A stretch of DNA of 64,000 nt from an uncultured Chlamydiae bacterium. Its GTDB lineage: Bacteria; Chlamydiota; Chlamydiia; Chlamydiales; JAJFMB01. Both the position numbers and the translations under genes were made by a program. The DNA lies in assembly GCA_963696295.1 (NCBI GenBank), contig CAVOJR010000001.1, forward strand, positions 3,136,001-3,200,000, read 5' to 3'. Every line of letters begins with the position of its first letter. The first letter of the stretch is position 1. Below are positions 18,128-28,283 of the stretch, in pieces. Below the pieces are notes generated by a model. That model had not been told where the DNA came from and made no database searches. It saw only the letters and a list, made by a program, of their open reading frames with translations.

Positions 18128-20608
18128 ATGGACAGACGCAGCTTAATTTTTGTTATCGCTCTTTCTTTAACCCTTTTAGGTGTAAACACTTTTTTCCAAT
18201 GGTTAAACCGCGGAGAAGTGGAAAAATGGCAGGAGCAGCAAAAAGCCTCCCTTGTCCTCGAAGAAAAGGAGCTTGCCGCCCAAGTCTCCGAGCATACCGC
18301 GAAGCCGCAAGACCTGCCGCTTGTCGATCTGTTCGCCGACGAAGCGGGCCAAAATTATATCGGCCGGGGCGTCAAAGCCGGCGATACCGTGCTCACCCTT
18401 TCCTGGGCCTCGGAACTGCCTAAAACTTTATTCAGCCGACCCTCGAACACCGAAAAAGCGTTGGAAAAAGTTGAAATTGCCTTTGCTCCGGAAAAACTGA
18501 AAGAACTCGCTGTTTACCGCTCCAAGCCCGAAGCGAAAATTCCCCTGGGATCCCTCCCCGCCAGCGGCCACTACGAACTTCAGCTGATAGAATTGCCTAA
18601 AGGCGAAATTGCTCTTGGGGAATATACTGATGGAGAATTATCAATACCCGCTGAACAGCTGCAGAAAATACGCGTCAGACTGGGGGAAGCAAAAGACATG
18701 GGCAAAGTCGGCAACGCCGTTGTCCTTTTCAAATCCACTCCTGTCGCAGTCTATGCGAGCGACACGAATTCTTTAGTCATGATCGAACATATCTTCAATC
18801 TCGGCTCACTCATTTCCGCTCCCGAAGCCAAAAAGGGTTTGAAAGCCGGAGAACGCTCTTCTGAAAAATTCTATGTGCTCGAAAATGACTACCAGCAGCT
18901 GGTCTTTTCCAATTACGGCGGTGCGCTGGCTGAGATCAATTTGCCCTTTAAAAACGAAAGCAACGACCGCAGCGTCGTCAGAGAGATCCAATTTGACCGC
19001 GACATGGTTAAAAACCACTCCTATAACGCCTACTTTCCGCAACACCCCTTTTACATTGCGGGCGTCGATAAGGAGCAGCCAAAAGGAAAACTTGGCGGCT
19101 ATTACCCCTTGATCCGGCGCGATCTGATCGAATCTTCGAGCGGAAAATCCGTCAGAGTGGTCCCCTACTTTTACGCCCTTAACTTTATCTCGGAATACCC
19201 TGAAGTTTCGGAGATTGTTTTTGATGTGCAATCTTTTACGAAAGATAAAATTGTCTTTGTCGCCAATCAGACTCACCGCCGCATCACAAAAACCTACTCG
19301 ATTGCCGGACAGGAGAATGGAGCTCCCTATTGCATCGATTTGACTATTCAGATCGAGGGGGATTCGCGCGGTCTGTGGCTCTCAAGCGGCGTGCCTGAAG
19401 TGGAAATGATCTCCGGCTCCCCGGCGCCTGCGTTGAAATACCGGATTTTGAAAAACAACAACAAATCTGAAGTGAATGAAATTTCTCTTCCGAAAGACAC
19501 AGCCACCGTTACCACGGTCAATCCCGATTGGATCAATACGGCAAACGGCTTTTTCGGCCTGATTGTCGATCCGCTGACAAAAATCGAACCGGGGTACCGC
19601 GTCCAGTATGTATCCGGCACTGTCGTCCCTTCAAGACTCGTTGAAATCGACCCTGAGTACAACCTTTTCAAGGCTCAAAATTTGCCCGGCTATATGGCTA
19701 TGCTGCCGATAAAATCGCGCAATGGAAGCTTGACTTTCCGCGTCTTTGCCGGTCCCTTCGCTGACAATATCTTAAAAACCGTCGACAGAACCTTTACCGA
19801 TCCGGCCACCGGAGCCAGCCCCCAATATGTTGATGTGCAAAGCTTTCATGGCTGGTTTGCCTTTATATCCGAACCGTTTGCGAAGTTCCTGTACATCGTG
19901 ATGAACTTCTTCCACAGCCTCACCAACTCGTGGGGTATTTCGATCATCCTCCTTACGGTTTTCCTCCGCCTGATGCTCTACCCGTTGAACGCCTGGTCCG
20001 CCCGCTCAATGGTAAAAATGCAGGAAATAGCCCCCAAAGTGCAGGCTATCCAGGAAAAGTATAAAAACGATCCGCGCAAATCACAACTCGAAATCATGAA
20101 TCTCTACCGGGAATCGGGAGCGAACCCCTTCTCCGGCTGCTTTCCGATCCTGATACAAATTCCGTTTCTGATCGGGATGTTCGGTTTGCTGAAAACCACG
20201 TTTTCTTTACGAGGAGCCAGCTTTATTCCCGGATGGATCAATGATCTCTCCGCCCCCGATGTGCTCTTCTCATGGGACAAACCGATTCCATTTTTCGGAA
20301 CCTCTTTCCATCTGCTTCCCTTTATTTTAGGCCTGGTTATGTTCATACAGCCGCGATTGACTTCAAACGCGCCCAAAGATCCGAATCAGATGACCGAGCA
20401 GCAAAGGCAGGCCCGCGCCATGGGGAACATCATGTCTGTCGTCTTTACGGCGATGTTTTATAATTTCCCCTCCGGCCTTAACATCTATTGGCTCTTCTCC
20501 ATGCTCCTCGGCATGCTGCAGCAGTGGTGGACGCAAAAGCAAATGGAAGCGAGAAAGGGAGCTGTTGTCATCGAAGCGAAACCGGCCAAGGCAAAAGCAA
20601 AAAAATAA
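18128..20608 (+). CDS. yidC: Membrane protein insertase (long chlamydial form)
   Basis: MDRRSLIF N-terminal TM, WGISIILLTV..R, GCFPILIQIP, DLSAPD and PSGLNIYW motifs. Confidence 0.95.
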   Translation: MDRRSLIFVIALSLTLLGVNTFFQWLNRGEVEKWQEQQKASLVLEEKELAAQVSEHTAKPQDLPLVDLFADEAGQNYIGRGVKAGDTVLTLSWASELPKTLFSRPSNTEKALEKVEIAFAPEKLKELAVYRSKPEAKIPLGSLPASGHYELQLIELPKGEIALGEYTDGELSIPAEQLQKIRVRLGEAKDMGKVGNAVVLFKSTPVAVYASDTNSLVMIEHIFNLGSLISAPEAKKGLKAGERSSEKFYVLENDYQQLVFSNYGGALAEINLPFKNESNDRSVVREIQFDRDMVKNHSYNAYFPQHPFYIAGVDKEQPKGKLGGYYPLIRRDLIESSSGKSVRVVPYFYALNFISEYPEVSEIVFDVQSFTKDKIVFVANQTHRRITKTYSIAGQENGAPYCIDLTIQIEGDSRGLWLSSGVPEVEMISGSPAPALKYRILKNNNKSEVNEISLPKDTATVTTVNPDWINTANGFFGLIVDPLTKIEPGYRVQYVSGTVVPSRLVEIDPEYNLFKAQNLPGYMAMLPIKSRNGSLTFRVFAGPFADNILKTVDRTFTDPATGASPQYVDVQSFHGWFAFISEPFAKFLYIVMNFFHSLTNSWGISIILLTVFLRLMLYPLNAWSARSMVKMQEIAPKVQAIQEKYKNDPRKSQLEIMNLYRESGANPFSGCFPILIQIPFLIGMFGLLKTTFSLRGASFIPGWINDLSAPDVLFSWDKPIPFFGTSFHLLPFILGLVMFIQPRLTSNAPKDPNQMTEQQRQARAMGNIMSVVFTAMFYNFPSGLNIYWLFSMLLGMLQQWWTQKQMEARKGAVVIEAKPAKAKAKK

Positions 20609-20632
20609 GGCCAAAAATAAGGCCAAAAATAA
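20584..20632 (+). repeat. Stop-anchored mini tandem repeat of the yidC end
   Basis: Gene end GGCCAAGGCAAAAGCAAAAAAATAA followed by GGCCAAAAATAA twice. Confidence 0.7.
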
Positions 20633-20661
20633 CACTTGTTCCAATTGTATCTCTGGTTTAA

Positions 20662-20737
20662 TTTATACCTAAACAACTTGAAGAGTTTGTTAAGGAACCT
20701 ATCCAATTCCCAACTCTTCAAGTTGTTTGGGTATAAA
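20662..20737. mobile_element. 76-bp MITE-like palindrome upstream of dnaA
   Basis: 26-bp inverted repeat TTTATACCTAAACAACTTGAAGAGTT / AACTCTTCAAGTTGTTTGGGTATAAA with one mismatch. Confidence 0.7.
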
Positions 20738-20760
20738 ACTCTTGAATTGGAATGTAACGT

Positions 20761-22137
20761 ATGCAGGCTTGGGAAAATTTCTTAAAGAGTCAGATTACCG
20801 AGATCGGCAAAGAGGCTGTGCAAAAATGGCTGAAGCCCCTGAAAATCCTGCGCTATGACGCCCAAAACCTCTATCTGGAAGCCAAAGACACCTTCCAGGC
20901 CCTTTGGTTTGAAGAGCATATCCGCCCGAAAACCAAAAGCATAACCAATAACAATAACCGCCCCATCCGAATCCACTTAGCTATTGCCAACCAGGTCAAA
21001 GTCGATCCTAAAAAGCAAAAAGAGACTCCCAAACAAACAATCCCTCCCTTTAAAATCACCTTTGAAGAGCTCTCCCCTCACTGTACTTTCGAGCAATTTT
21101 TAGTGCATGAGGGCAACTTGCTCGTCTATAAATTGCTTTGCAAAGTGACGGGCTATGATGCCGAAAGCCATAAACTTATTCCGGGAGCCGCCGAACTGGT
21201 CTCCTTTAACCCTATATTCCTGCATGGCCCGTCGGGCACCGGGAAAACCCATTTATTGATGGCTGCCGCTCAAGCCTTAAAAGATCGCTCTTTAAATGTG
21301 CGGTATATACGCTCGGAAAGATTTACGGAACATGTAGTGGCCGCCATTAGAGCCGGTGAAATGAGCGCCTTTCGGCAAGCCTACCGCACGATTGATGTTC
21401 TGATCATTGACGATGTGCATATTTTCTCGCGCAAAAGAGCCACCCAGGAGGAATTCTTCCACTCCTTTAACGCTCTGCACCTCACGGGCAAACAAATTAT
21501 CATCAGCGCCAATTGCCTGCCCTCAGAGCTCGCCCATATCGAGCCGAGGCTCATCAGCCGCTTCGAGTGGGGCATTGTGCTCCCCTTAGAACGGGCTGAC
21601 GAGGAGGCAGCCAAAAAAATTATCCTGAAAAAGGCCGCGGCGCTGAAATTCCCCATCTCCCAAAAAGTGGTGGATTATTTGGTGAACACCTTCAAAAGCA
21701 ACATGAAAGCTTTGTGCCGCGCGCTCGAAGCTTTAATTTTGCGCATCCATTTGCAGGAATCTTCCGTTTACAGCAATCACCCGGAAAATATACCGCTCCC
21801 TCTGGTTAAGCATCTTTTGGCGGACCTGGCGCGGGAAGAGGAGCGCTACGTGTTGACGGCGGATATGATACTGGAAAGCGTCGCAGGGCATTTCGAAGTT
21901 GAAAGGGAAGAGATCACCGGCAAGGCGCAGAGCCGCGATTGCGTGCTGCCCCGCCAAATCGCCATGTATCTTTGCCGCAGCCAATTAAAAATGTCCTACA
22001 CAAAAATTGGAGATCTCTTTGAACGGGATCACTCTACTGTGATGACCAGCGTAAAGAGAATCCAAAAAGATTTTGACGAGGACGACAAGGATTTATTGAT
22101 GCATTTACACGCTATCACCAAGAGTTTGACCCCATGA
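20761..22137 (+). CDS. dnaA: Chromosomal replication initiator
   Basis: [36 protein letters not shown] and RDHSTV motifs. Confidence 0.96.
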   Translation: MQAWENFLKSQITEIGKEAVQKWLKPLKILRYDAQNLYLEAKDTFQALWFEEHIRPKTKSITNNNNRPIRIHLAIANQVKVDPKKQKETPKQTIPPFKITFEELSPHCTFEQFLVHEGNLLVYKLLCKVTGYDAESHKLIPGAAELVSFNPIFLHGPSGTGKTHLLMAAAQALKDRSLNVRYIRSERFTEHVVAAIRAGEMSAFRQAYRTIDVLIIDDVHIFSRKRATQEEFFHSFNALHLTGKQIIISANCLPSELAHIEPRLISRFEWGIVLPLERADEEAAKKIILKKAAALKFPISQKVVDYLVNTFKSNMKALCRALEALILRIHLQESSVYSNHPENIPLPLVKHLLADLAREEERYVLTADMILESVAGHFEVEREEITGKAQSRDCVLPRQIAMYLCRSQLKMSYTKIGDLFERDHSTVMTSVKRIQKDFDEDDKDLLMHLHAITKSLTP

Positions 22138-23459
22138 AAAAAGATTACCGAATCGTCGACGACATAGACATCGCCTCAGAGAAAGGACAGGAGCTTGCCA
22201 GATGGGGGAGGCAGGAGATCAATCTCGCGGAAAAGGAGATGCCCGGTTTGATGGCTCTTCGCTCCCAGTATGGGAATAGCAAACCCTTGAAGGGCGCCCG
22301 CATCGCGGGTTGCCTGCACATGACCATTCAGACGGCCGTTTTGATAGAAACGCTTATCGAGCTTGGCGCTAAAGTGCGCTGGTCCTCATGCAATATCTAT
22401 TCCACGCAAGACCATGCCGCAGCGGCCATGGCGGCGGCAAAGGTTCCCGTTTTCGCCTGGAAAGGGGAACCGGAAGAGCTCTATGAGTGGTGCATCGCGC
22501 AAACACTTCAATTTGATAAGGGGCCTCTCAATATGATCATCGATGACGGTGGCGATCTGACCAATTACGTGCACGACCTGCACCCGGAACTTCTCCCGGG
22601 AATTAAAGGGCTGACCGAAGAGACGACCACCGGCATCCGGCAGCTTTACAAAAGGATGAAAGAAGGGCTGCTCGGCGTTCCGGCCATCAATGTCAACAAT
22701 TCGGTGACCAAATCGAAGTTCGACAACCTCTACGGCTGCCGCGAATCGCTGCTCGACGGGATCAAACGGGCTACGGACATCATGATCGCCGGTAAAGTGG
22801 TGGTGATCTCAGGCTATGGAGATGTGGGCAAAGGGTGCGCCCAGGCCATGGCGCATCAAGGAGCCAGGGTGCTCATCACGGAAATCGATCCCATTTGCGC
22901 TTATCAGGCGGCCATGGAAGGTTATGCGGTAGTCACTATGGAAGCAGCGGCTCCAGTCGGCGACATTTTTGTGACAGCCACAGGGTGTAAAGGGGTGATC
23001 CGCAAAGGACACATGGAACGGATGAAGGATCTGGCCATTTTGTGCAATATCGGCCATTTTGACTGCGAAATCGATGTCGCGGCCCTCATGAGCGATTCTT
23101 CCATTGTGGAAACCAGCATAAAACCTCAAGTGGATCTGTTTACCTTTAAAAACGGCAAAAGATTGATCTTGCTGGCGAGAGGCAGACTGGTCAATTTGAG
23201 CTGCGCCACCGGCCATTCCTCCTTTGTGATGTCTAATTCTTTCACAAATCAGGTCCTCGCGCAAATGGAGCTTTGGCAGGCCAAGCCCGGCGCTTACCCA
23301 GTCGGCATTTATCACCTCCCTAAAATTCTCGATGAACAGGTGGCGCGCCTGCATCTGGATAAGCTGGGAGTTCACTTGACTACCCTGACGGAAGAGCAGG
23401 CCGGCTACCTCGATATTCCTGCTGACGGCCCCTATAAACCCGATTATTACAGGTATTGA
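22134..23459 (+). CDS. ahcY: Adenosylhomocysteinase
   Basis: [30 protein letters not shown] and [10 protein letters not shown] motifs. Confidence 0.97.
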   Translation: MKKDYRIVDDIDIASEKGQELARWGRQEINLAEKEMPGLMALRSQYGNSKPLKGARIAGCLHMTIQTAVLIETLIELGAKVRWSSCNIYSTQDHAAAAMAAAKVPVFAWKGEPEELYEWCIAQTLQFDKGPLNMIIDDGGDLTNYVHDLHPELLPGIKGLTEETTTGIRQLYKRMKEGLLGVPAINVNNSVTKSKFDNLYGCRESLLDGIKRATDIMIAGKVVVISGYGDVGKGCAQAMAHQGARVLITEIDPICAYQAAMEGYAVVTMEAAAPVGDIFVTATGCKGVIRKGHMERMKDLAILCNIGHFDCEIDVAALMSDSSIVETSIKPQVDLFTFKNGKRLILLARGRLVNLSCATGHSSFVMSNSFTNQVLAQMELWQAKPGAYPVGIYHLPKILDEQVARLHLDKLGVHLTTLTEEQAGYLDIPADGPYKPDYYRY

Positions 23460-23460
23460 G

Positions 23461-23489
23461 TTGCAAAAAAATAGCTACTCTGCTATAGT
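23461..23489 (+). promoter_or_regulatory. Sigma-66/70-type promoter of tRNA-Pro
   Basis: TTGCAA-N17-TATAGT. Confidence 0.7.
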
Positions 23490-23507
23490 TGTATTTTACA
23501 AGTTAAA

Positions 23508-23582
23508 CGGAGTATAGCGCAGTTTGGCTAGCGCGGCTGCTTTGGGAGCAGTAGGTCGGGGGTTCAAATCCCTCTACTCCGA
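23508..23582 (+). tRNA. tRNA-Pro(TGG)
   Basis: CGGAGTA/TACTCCG acceptor stem, GCTGC-TTTGGGA-GCAGT anticodon arm, GGTTCAAATCC T-arm; CCA not encoded. Confidence 0.95.
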
Positions 23583-23592
23583 CAAAATTATC

Positions 23593-23630
23593 AGCTCCTA
23601 ACACCGCATGCGTTTTAGGAGCTTTTTTTT
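23593..23630 (+). terminator. Rho-independent terminator
   Basis: AGCTCCTAA...TTAGGAGCT followed by a T-tract. Confidence 0.75.
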
Positions 23631-23633
23631 ATC

Positions 23634-24743
23634 ATGGCGCAAGTATTAAGTTATCTATACTGGGATCCTGTAAGAGAGATGTTTTACATCCCTCTGATCG
23701 AAAGGCCTGTCATGTGGTATGGCTTTTTCTTCGTTTTAGGCCTCATGATCGGTTATTACATTATGATCCGGGTTTTTGAGCGCAAACTGGCCCAAACCCC
23801 CCAGCTTCTGATGCGCGACGTGGGCAACTGGAACGTTTTGATGCGGCAGCTGAGGCGCGCTTTGCAGGAAGATATCGGAAAACTCAGCGAACTGGTAAAA
23901 ACTTTCCCAAAAGAACTGACCATCAAACTGAAAAATCAGTCCAATACGGAAACGATCAAATTAAAAGTTTTAGATGAACTCAATCAATACGGCATTGAGA
24001 GGAAAGAGTGGGAGAAACTTTTTCCCAAGGCTTTCTTTACCCTGAAGGAATTAAGCGTCAGTTTGGCTGACAAGCTGCTTTGGTTCCTCATTGCCGGCAT
24101 CCTGATCGGCGCGCGGCTTGGGCATGTCTTTTTTTATGAGTGGCCAAGATTTTCCTCCCACCCCATCGATATCCTGAAAGTGTGGGAAGGAGGGCTTGCC
24201 AGCCATGGAGGAACGATCGGCATCCTGATTGCCGTTTTTGCCTATCTTAAGGTGATAGGCCGCCAATTTCCGGAACTTAAGTTCATTGTGATGCTCGATG
24301 CGCTCTCTGTGCCTACAGGTCTTGCCGCTTACTTTATCCGGATCGGCAACTTTGTGAATCAGGAGATCATCGGCGTTCCCACATCTCTGCCTTGGGCCAT
24401 CATCTTTGGGCATCCTGCCGACGGCAGTCCTTCCGTCCCAAGGCACCCAACCCAACTTTACGAGGCAATGGCCTATCTCGGGATCTTTATTTTCCTCTAC
24501 ACCTTATGGAAGCGAAAAGCCGAGCAGCTTCGCCCGGGGGTGATCAGCGGTCTGTTTTTCATTTTGACATTTGGCTCCCGCTTTTTCTTTGAATTTACCA
24601 AAAAGCCTTTGAGCTCCATGATCGACGAACATTTCCTGCAAACAGGGCAATACTTGAGTATTCCTTTTATCATGCTCGGAATATTCCTGCTCTTTAATAA
24701 TGCGGAGCCGGCCAAAGAGACTGTCCAATATCCCCAGGTCTAG
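23634..24743 (+). CDS. lgt: Prolipoprotein diacylglyceryl transferase with internal insertion
   Basis: WYG, GARLGHV, WEGGLASHGG, RIGNFVNQE and HPTQLYE motifs. Confidence 0.95.
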   Translation: MAQVLSYLYWDPVREMFYIPLIERPVMWYGFFFVLGLMIGYYIMIRVFERKLAQTPQLLMRDVGNWNVLMRQLRRALQEDIGKLSELVKTFPKELTIKLKNQSNTETIKLKVLDELNQYGIERKEWEKLFPKAFFTLKELSVSLADKLLWFLIAGILIGARLGHVFFYEWPRFSSHPIDILKVWEGGLASHGGTIGILIAVFAYLKVIGRQFPELKFIVMLDALSVPTGLAAYFIRIGNFVNQEIIGVPTSLPWAIIFGHPADGSPSVPRHPTQLYEAMAYLGIFIFLYTLWKRKAEQLRPGVISGLFFILTFGSRFFFEFTKKPLSSMIDEHFLQTGQYLSIPFIMLGIFLLFNNAEPAKETVQYPQV

Positions 24744-25118
24744 GCCTCCAAAGCCACCAGTCTAGTCACCCCTCGGCCGCAGAAGCAGAAGTATTCCTAA
24801 AGCCACAACCAGGCCCCAATAAGTGAGCCAATATCAGTATAGTCTCGCCTCGGCCGCAGGAGCAGAAGTATTCCTAAAGCCACCCGATAAGTGAGCCAAT
24901 ATCAGTCTAGTCACCGCTCGGCCGCAGGAGCAGAAGTTTTCCTAAAGCCGCCCGATAAGTGAGCCAATATCAGTCTTGTCTCGCCTCGGCCGCAGGAGCA
25001 GAAGTTTTCCTAAAGCCGCCCAATAAGTGAGCCAATATCGGTCTAGTCTCGCCTCGGCCGCAGAAGCAGAAGTATTCCTAAAGCCACCACCAGGCCGCCC
25101 GGGTAAGTGAGCCAATAT
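24725..25118. repeat. Tandem array (77, 68, 68, 68 bp plus the gene copy) duplicating the converging lgt/ResB-like gene ends
   Basis: Units start at 24758, 24835, 24903, 24971 and 25039; CCAATAT at both edges. Confidence 0.95.
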
Positions 25119-26965
25119 TTTGCAGGGTCCCTATTCACCACCAGCTGAATGCGCTGTATTGAGGTCTCCTCATGGGGATAAATGTGCGACAGATAAAACC
25201 GGTAGCCATCCCAAGTCTCATGCACCTCGTTCATGCTCACCGTCTTTTCCACTTCCGTCTGATTTTTCAAGTCGGTAATCAACAAATCGCTCTCATAGCT
25301 ATAAGCCTGATCCATTTGCGGATAGTTGATTTGCCGCGCATCCCTCAACCTTATTTTAAAGGGAATGCGCCTCATCTCAGGGCGGAAACTCATAAGGAAA
25401 CCCCCTCGCGGCCAGCTGAGGCCCTGCCCGTAGGGATCATAAAGCAAAGTCTGATAAAGCCCCTCTTTTGTTTTTACCACGATCATGGGCCGGTTATCTT
25501 CCAATTTTTTTAGGGGCTCCAGGGGTTCATGCCGCACGGTCAGCGGACACTCAAAACTCATCCGCTCTTCAAAGGAAATCCCCAATTGCCCTGGGTCAAC
25601 GCCATATACCCTGAGATAAACCGAGAGCATCTGCTCTGATGAGGACTCTTGAGGGGGGGCGGGAAGCTCCTCGGCGACCATAAATACCTGCTGCAAAAGA
25701 GCGGTAATTAGTTCTTCTGGGTCTTTGATGTGTTCCACGAGGGAGGCGAGCGGCCAGTTTTTCAGATAGGCGGCCAGATCCTGCCCTCTCTTCATCCCCT
25801 CCTCCAGCTCATTCAGCAAATAAGCCCCCCACTGAGCCCCTTTTCTTTCCCGCTCGCTCACCTGGCTCCAGTCCTGGTTTAAATACAATTTCAGCGGAGG
25901 AGGCAGGCTTTCCGCTTGTTCGAGGATTTTTTTTTCGCGGGTGGACCGGTCATAAGGAAAAGGGAATTTTGCCGCCGCGCTATAGCCGCTAAAACCTTTG
26001 TCATAGGCGATATAGTGATCCAATTTGTCCCCAGGGAAAACCTTGGAAAAAAAGTGTCCGTAGGCGTCAAAGGCGTAAAAATGGGTATCTCCCTTCAGGT
26101 CTTTGACAAAGAGCAGTTTCGGAGTAGTCGATAAATCTGCGGCGAGCTCCTTATAGGGGAGGTTCAATAAGGCTTGATCGCCGGTCAGAGGAATGGTTAT
26201 GCCCAAATGATGCAGCGCTGGCCCCTCCCAATCAATCGCTCCATCAAATGGCCCTTCAAAGACAATTTTTTTGCTCTTCCGGTCGCTCAGACGGAGGAGA
26301 AGCCCCTCCAGGTAGACTTTCTTCGCCACTTCCATCGGATCGGCGGCATGATAGGCGTAAAGATCCCAATGATCGGCAAGGTCGCCTGGAATTTTCATCC
26401 GGGAGGAGACTTGCGCCTTTCCCTCATAGGGGTAGACCGGAAAGGGCTGAATGCCATCGAGAAAAGCAAAATTCCCTTTGATCCAGGTTTCATAGCTTTC
26501 CTTGCCGTGGGGATAAAAATGAACGATTTCCAATCCCTCCTCAACCTGGTCCAGGGGATATTGCCGCTGGCTGCCATTTTGATTTTGCACATGGAGCCGC
26601 TCCGTGCCGGGGATGATCAGCGTATCCGAGGAGGTTCCCTCCAGCAAGCCCATCTGCCCTTGCGTCCCTTTGATATTTTTGATCATGACTCCCCCGATGA
26701 TCATCAACAGACCTAAATGGGTGATCAAAAAGGGGATATGTTTGCTCTTAAAGGGCCATCTTCTTAGGGCGGACACCAGGATGTTCACAAAAAAAAGGGA
26801 GAGCAAAAAGAGAAAAACGGGATTGCTGTAAGCAAGGGAGGCGGCGTAAAGATGGGAGCCGGTAAAGCTTTCGGCCAAAGTGCCGGCGATGACGATCAGG
26901 GCCGAAGAGGCGATCAAACCGACAGCCAAATAAACACTGCCTAAAAAATAAACGATTTTCTTCAC
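25043..26965 (-). CDS. ResB/CcsB-like cytochrome c biogenesis protein
   Basis: N-terminal TMs with THLGL; C-terminal VSMN...GYRFY...RDPAKYWLTYPG. Confidence 0.75.
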   Translation of the reverse strand: MKKIVYFLGSVYLAVGLIASSALIVIAGTLAESFTGSHLYAASLAYSNPVFLFLLSLFFVNILVSALRRWPFKSKHIPFLITHLGLLMIIGGVMIKNIKGTQGQMGLLEGTSSDTLIIPGTERLHVQNQNGSQRQYPLDQVEEGLEIVHFYPHGKESYETWIKGNFAFLDGIQPFPVYPYEGKAQVSSRMKIPGDLADHWDLYAYHAADPMEVAKKVYLEGLLLRLSDRKSKKIVFEGPFDGAIDWEGPALHHLGITIPLTGDQALLNLPYKELAADLSTTPKLLFVKDLKGDTHFYAFDAYGHFFSKVFPGDKLDHYIAYDKGFSGYSAAAKFPFPYDRSTREKKILEQAESLPPPLKLYLNQDWSQVSERERKGAQWGAYLLNELEEGMKRGQDLAAYLKNWPLASLVEHIKDPEELITALLQQVFMVAEELPAPPQESSSEQMLSVYLRVYGVDPGQLGISFEERMSFECPLTVRHEPLEPLKKLEDNRPMIVVKTKEGLYQTLLYDPYGQGLSWPRGGFLMSFRPEMRRIPFKIRLRDARQINYPQMDQAYSYESDLLITDLKNQTEVEKTVSMNEVHETWDGYRFYLSHIYPHEETSIQRIQLVVNRDPAKYWLTYPGGLVVALGILLLLRPRRD

Positions 26966-27528
26966 GCAGCAATATCTTGTATTAATTCAAAACTGCGGGC
27001 AAACCGCTCAATTTCCTCCTTGTAGGATTCCACCATTTCTTTAGGACCCACTACTTTTATGGTCACATCGGAACCAAGCTGCCCCTTGATGAAAGAGTAT
27101 AACTCCGGAGCTAGCTGCAGGCTCCAGCCGATCATGGTGGTTTTTTTCCCCTCGATCAGGCCCGAACCCTCAAACTTTAAACCGACATAGCCGCTAAAAG
27201 CTTGCGGGGTGATAAAAATCCCGTGCGGATCCAGCGCGGAAAATTGTTTTTTCCACCGGGTGATTTGCGCCTGGGGCGGCACCTTTATATTGGGAAAATT
27301 ATGAATGGTGGCTCGCACGGAGCCCTCGATGAGAAACTCGCAGATCGGCTTGGTCGTATCGTCTAAAGAGCCCTCTACGAGTTTTCTCTGCCAGCCGAAA
27401 GGCACTTTGATTCTATAAAGCGGTTTTTGATCCCGGCCGGGAATTTCCTGATAACCGGCTTTCGGGAACTCAGGAGTTCCGCAGCTCGCGGCACAGGCGA
27501 TAAGAATCAAACAGATTAAATAGCTCAT
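26962..27528 (-). CDS. Hypothetical lipoprotein
   Basis: Lipobox AASC; overlaps both neighbours by 4 nt. Confidence 0.7.
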   Translation of the reverse strand: MSYLICLILIACAASCGTPEFPKAGYQEIPGRDQKPLYRIKVPFGWQRKLVEGSLDDTTKPICEFLIEGSVRATIHNFPNIKVPPQAQITRWKKQFSALDPHGIFITPQAFSGYVGLKFEGSGLIEGKKTTMIGWSLQLAPELYSFIKGQLGSDVTIKVVGPKEMVESYKEEIERFARSFELIQDIAA

Positions 27529-28007
27529 GATGATTTTTCAAGCAGCTCTAATTCTTTCTCGGCTTCTTCCGGTGTTTGGACCCTGGGAAATAAATTCAAA
27601 TAAATATCGCCCTTATGGATATTTTCCGCGAATTTGCGGCTGGAGGGGGCCAGAATTCCCGTAAAAACCGAAAGGACAAGGGCTGAATCGGCTATGGTCA
27701 GGTTCCAAAGACAAAAGCTCACATTTTTTAAACCGGGCAGGTCGCGATAGGTAAAGACGCATTTAAACGAGGCTTTTCCCAGGGCGAATATATCAAAAAC
27801 CACAGCGCGAATGGTAATAATGACAGCCGCCTTGAATTTCCCGAGTCCAACCCTATAGACTCTTCCCTGCCAATGGACGAACCGTTGGTTGGCGTCCATC
27901 TTTTTATCAAAGGCAAAATCTGACTCGAATTCTTTCCATGCAGGTTGTAAATCAAATGAAAAGGGTTCATCGATCAAAGGTTGTAAGTAATAAGTTCTTG
28001 TACTCAT
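27525..28007 (-). CDS. Hypothetical membrane protein
   Basis: GGAGGTG SD before ATG 28007; two hydrophobic segments. Confidence 0.6.
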   Translation of the reverse strand: MSTRTYYLQPLIDEPFSFDLQPAWKEFESDFAFDKKMDANQRFVHWQGRVYRVGLGKFKAAVIITIRAVVFDIFALGKASFKCVFTYRDLPGLKNVSFCLWNLTIADSALVLSVFTGILAPSSRKFAENIHKGDIYLNLFPRVQTPEEAEKELELLEKSS

Positions 28008-28021
28008 ATACACCTCCAAAA

Positions 28022-28187
28022 TTGGCTAATGGTTTATTTTCGTCCATTTGGTATTTCGGAGCGAGACCAAGAAATCCCGAAGATTGTGAGGAGTTCATAG
28101 CGCTAGCTATGGACGACGAGCAAAATTCGGGATTTCGCCGGTCGCAGCCCGAAATGCCACTGGACGAAATTAAACCAGCAGCCCCAA
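28022..28187. mobile_element. ~165-bp imperfect full-length palindromic element (second family)
   Basis: Paired arms GGTTTATTTTCGTCCA / TGGACGAAATTAAACC, GAAATCCCGAA / TTCGGGATTTC and CATAGC / GCTATG. Confidence 0.75.
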
Positions 28188-28283
28188 AATTACGAATAGA
28201 ATATTTTACCCGATTTCACCCCAAATTTAAAAGAGATTTCTTTTTACTGTAAAAAAAAATTATATCTCAGTAAATACAGACTT

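Noticed and set aside
20609..20760. oriC next to dnaA
   Set aside because: No DnaA-box cluster is visible; the region is short and filled by repeats.
23508..23630. Genomic island integrated at tRNA-Pro
   Set aside because: No duplicated tRNA 3' end or integrase seen; lgt follows directly.
24725..25118. Diversity-generating retroelement TR/VR pair
   Set aside because: Differences are not adenine-specific, include deletions, and no reverse transcriptase is in the window.
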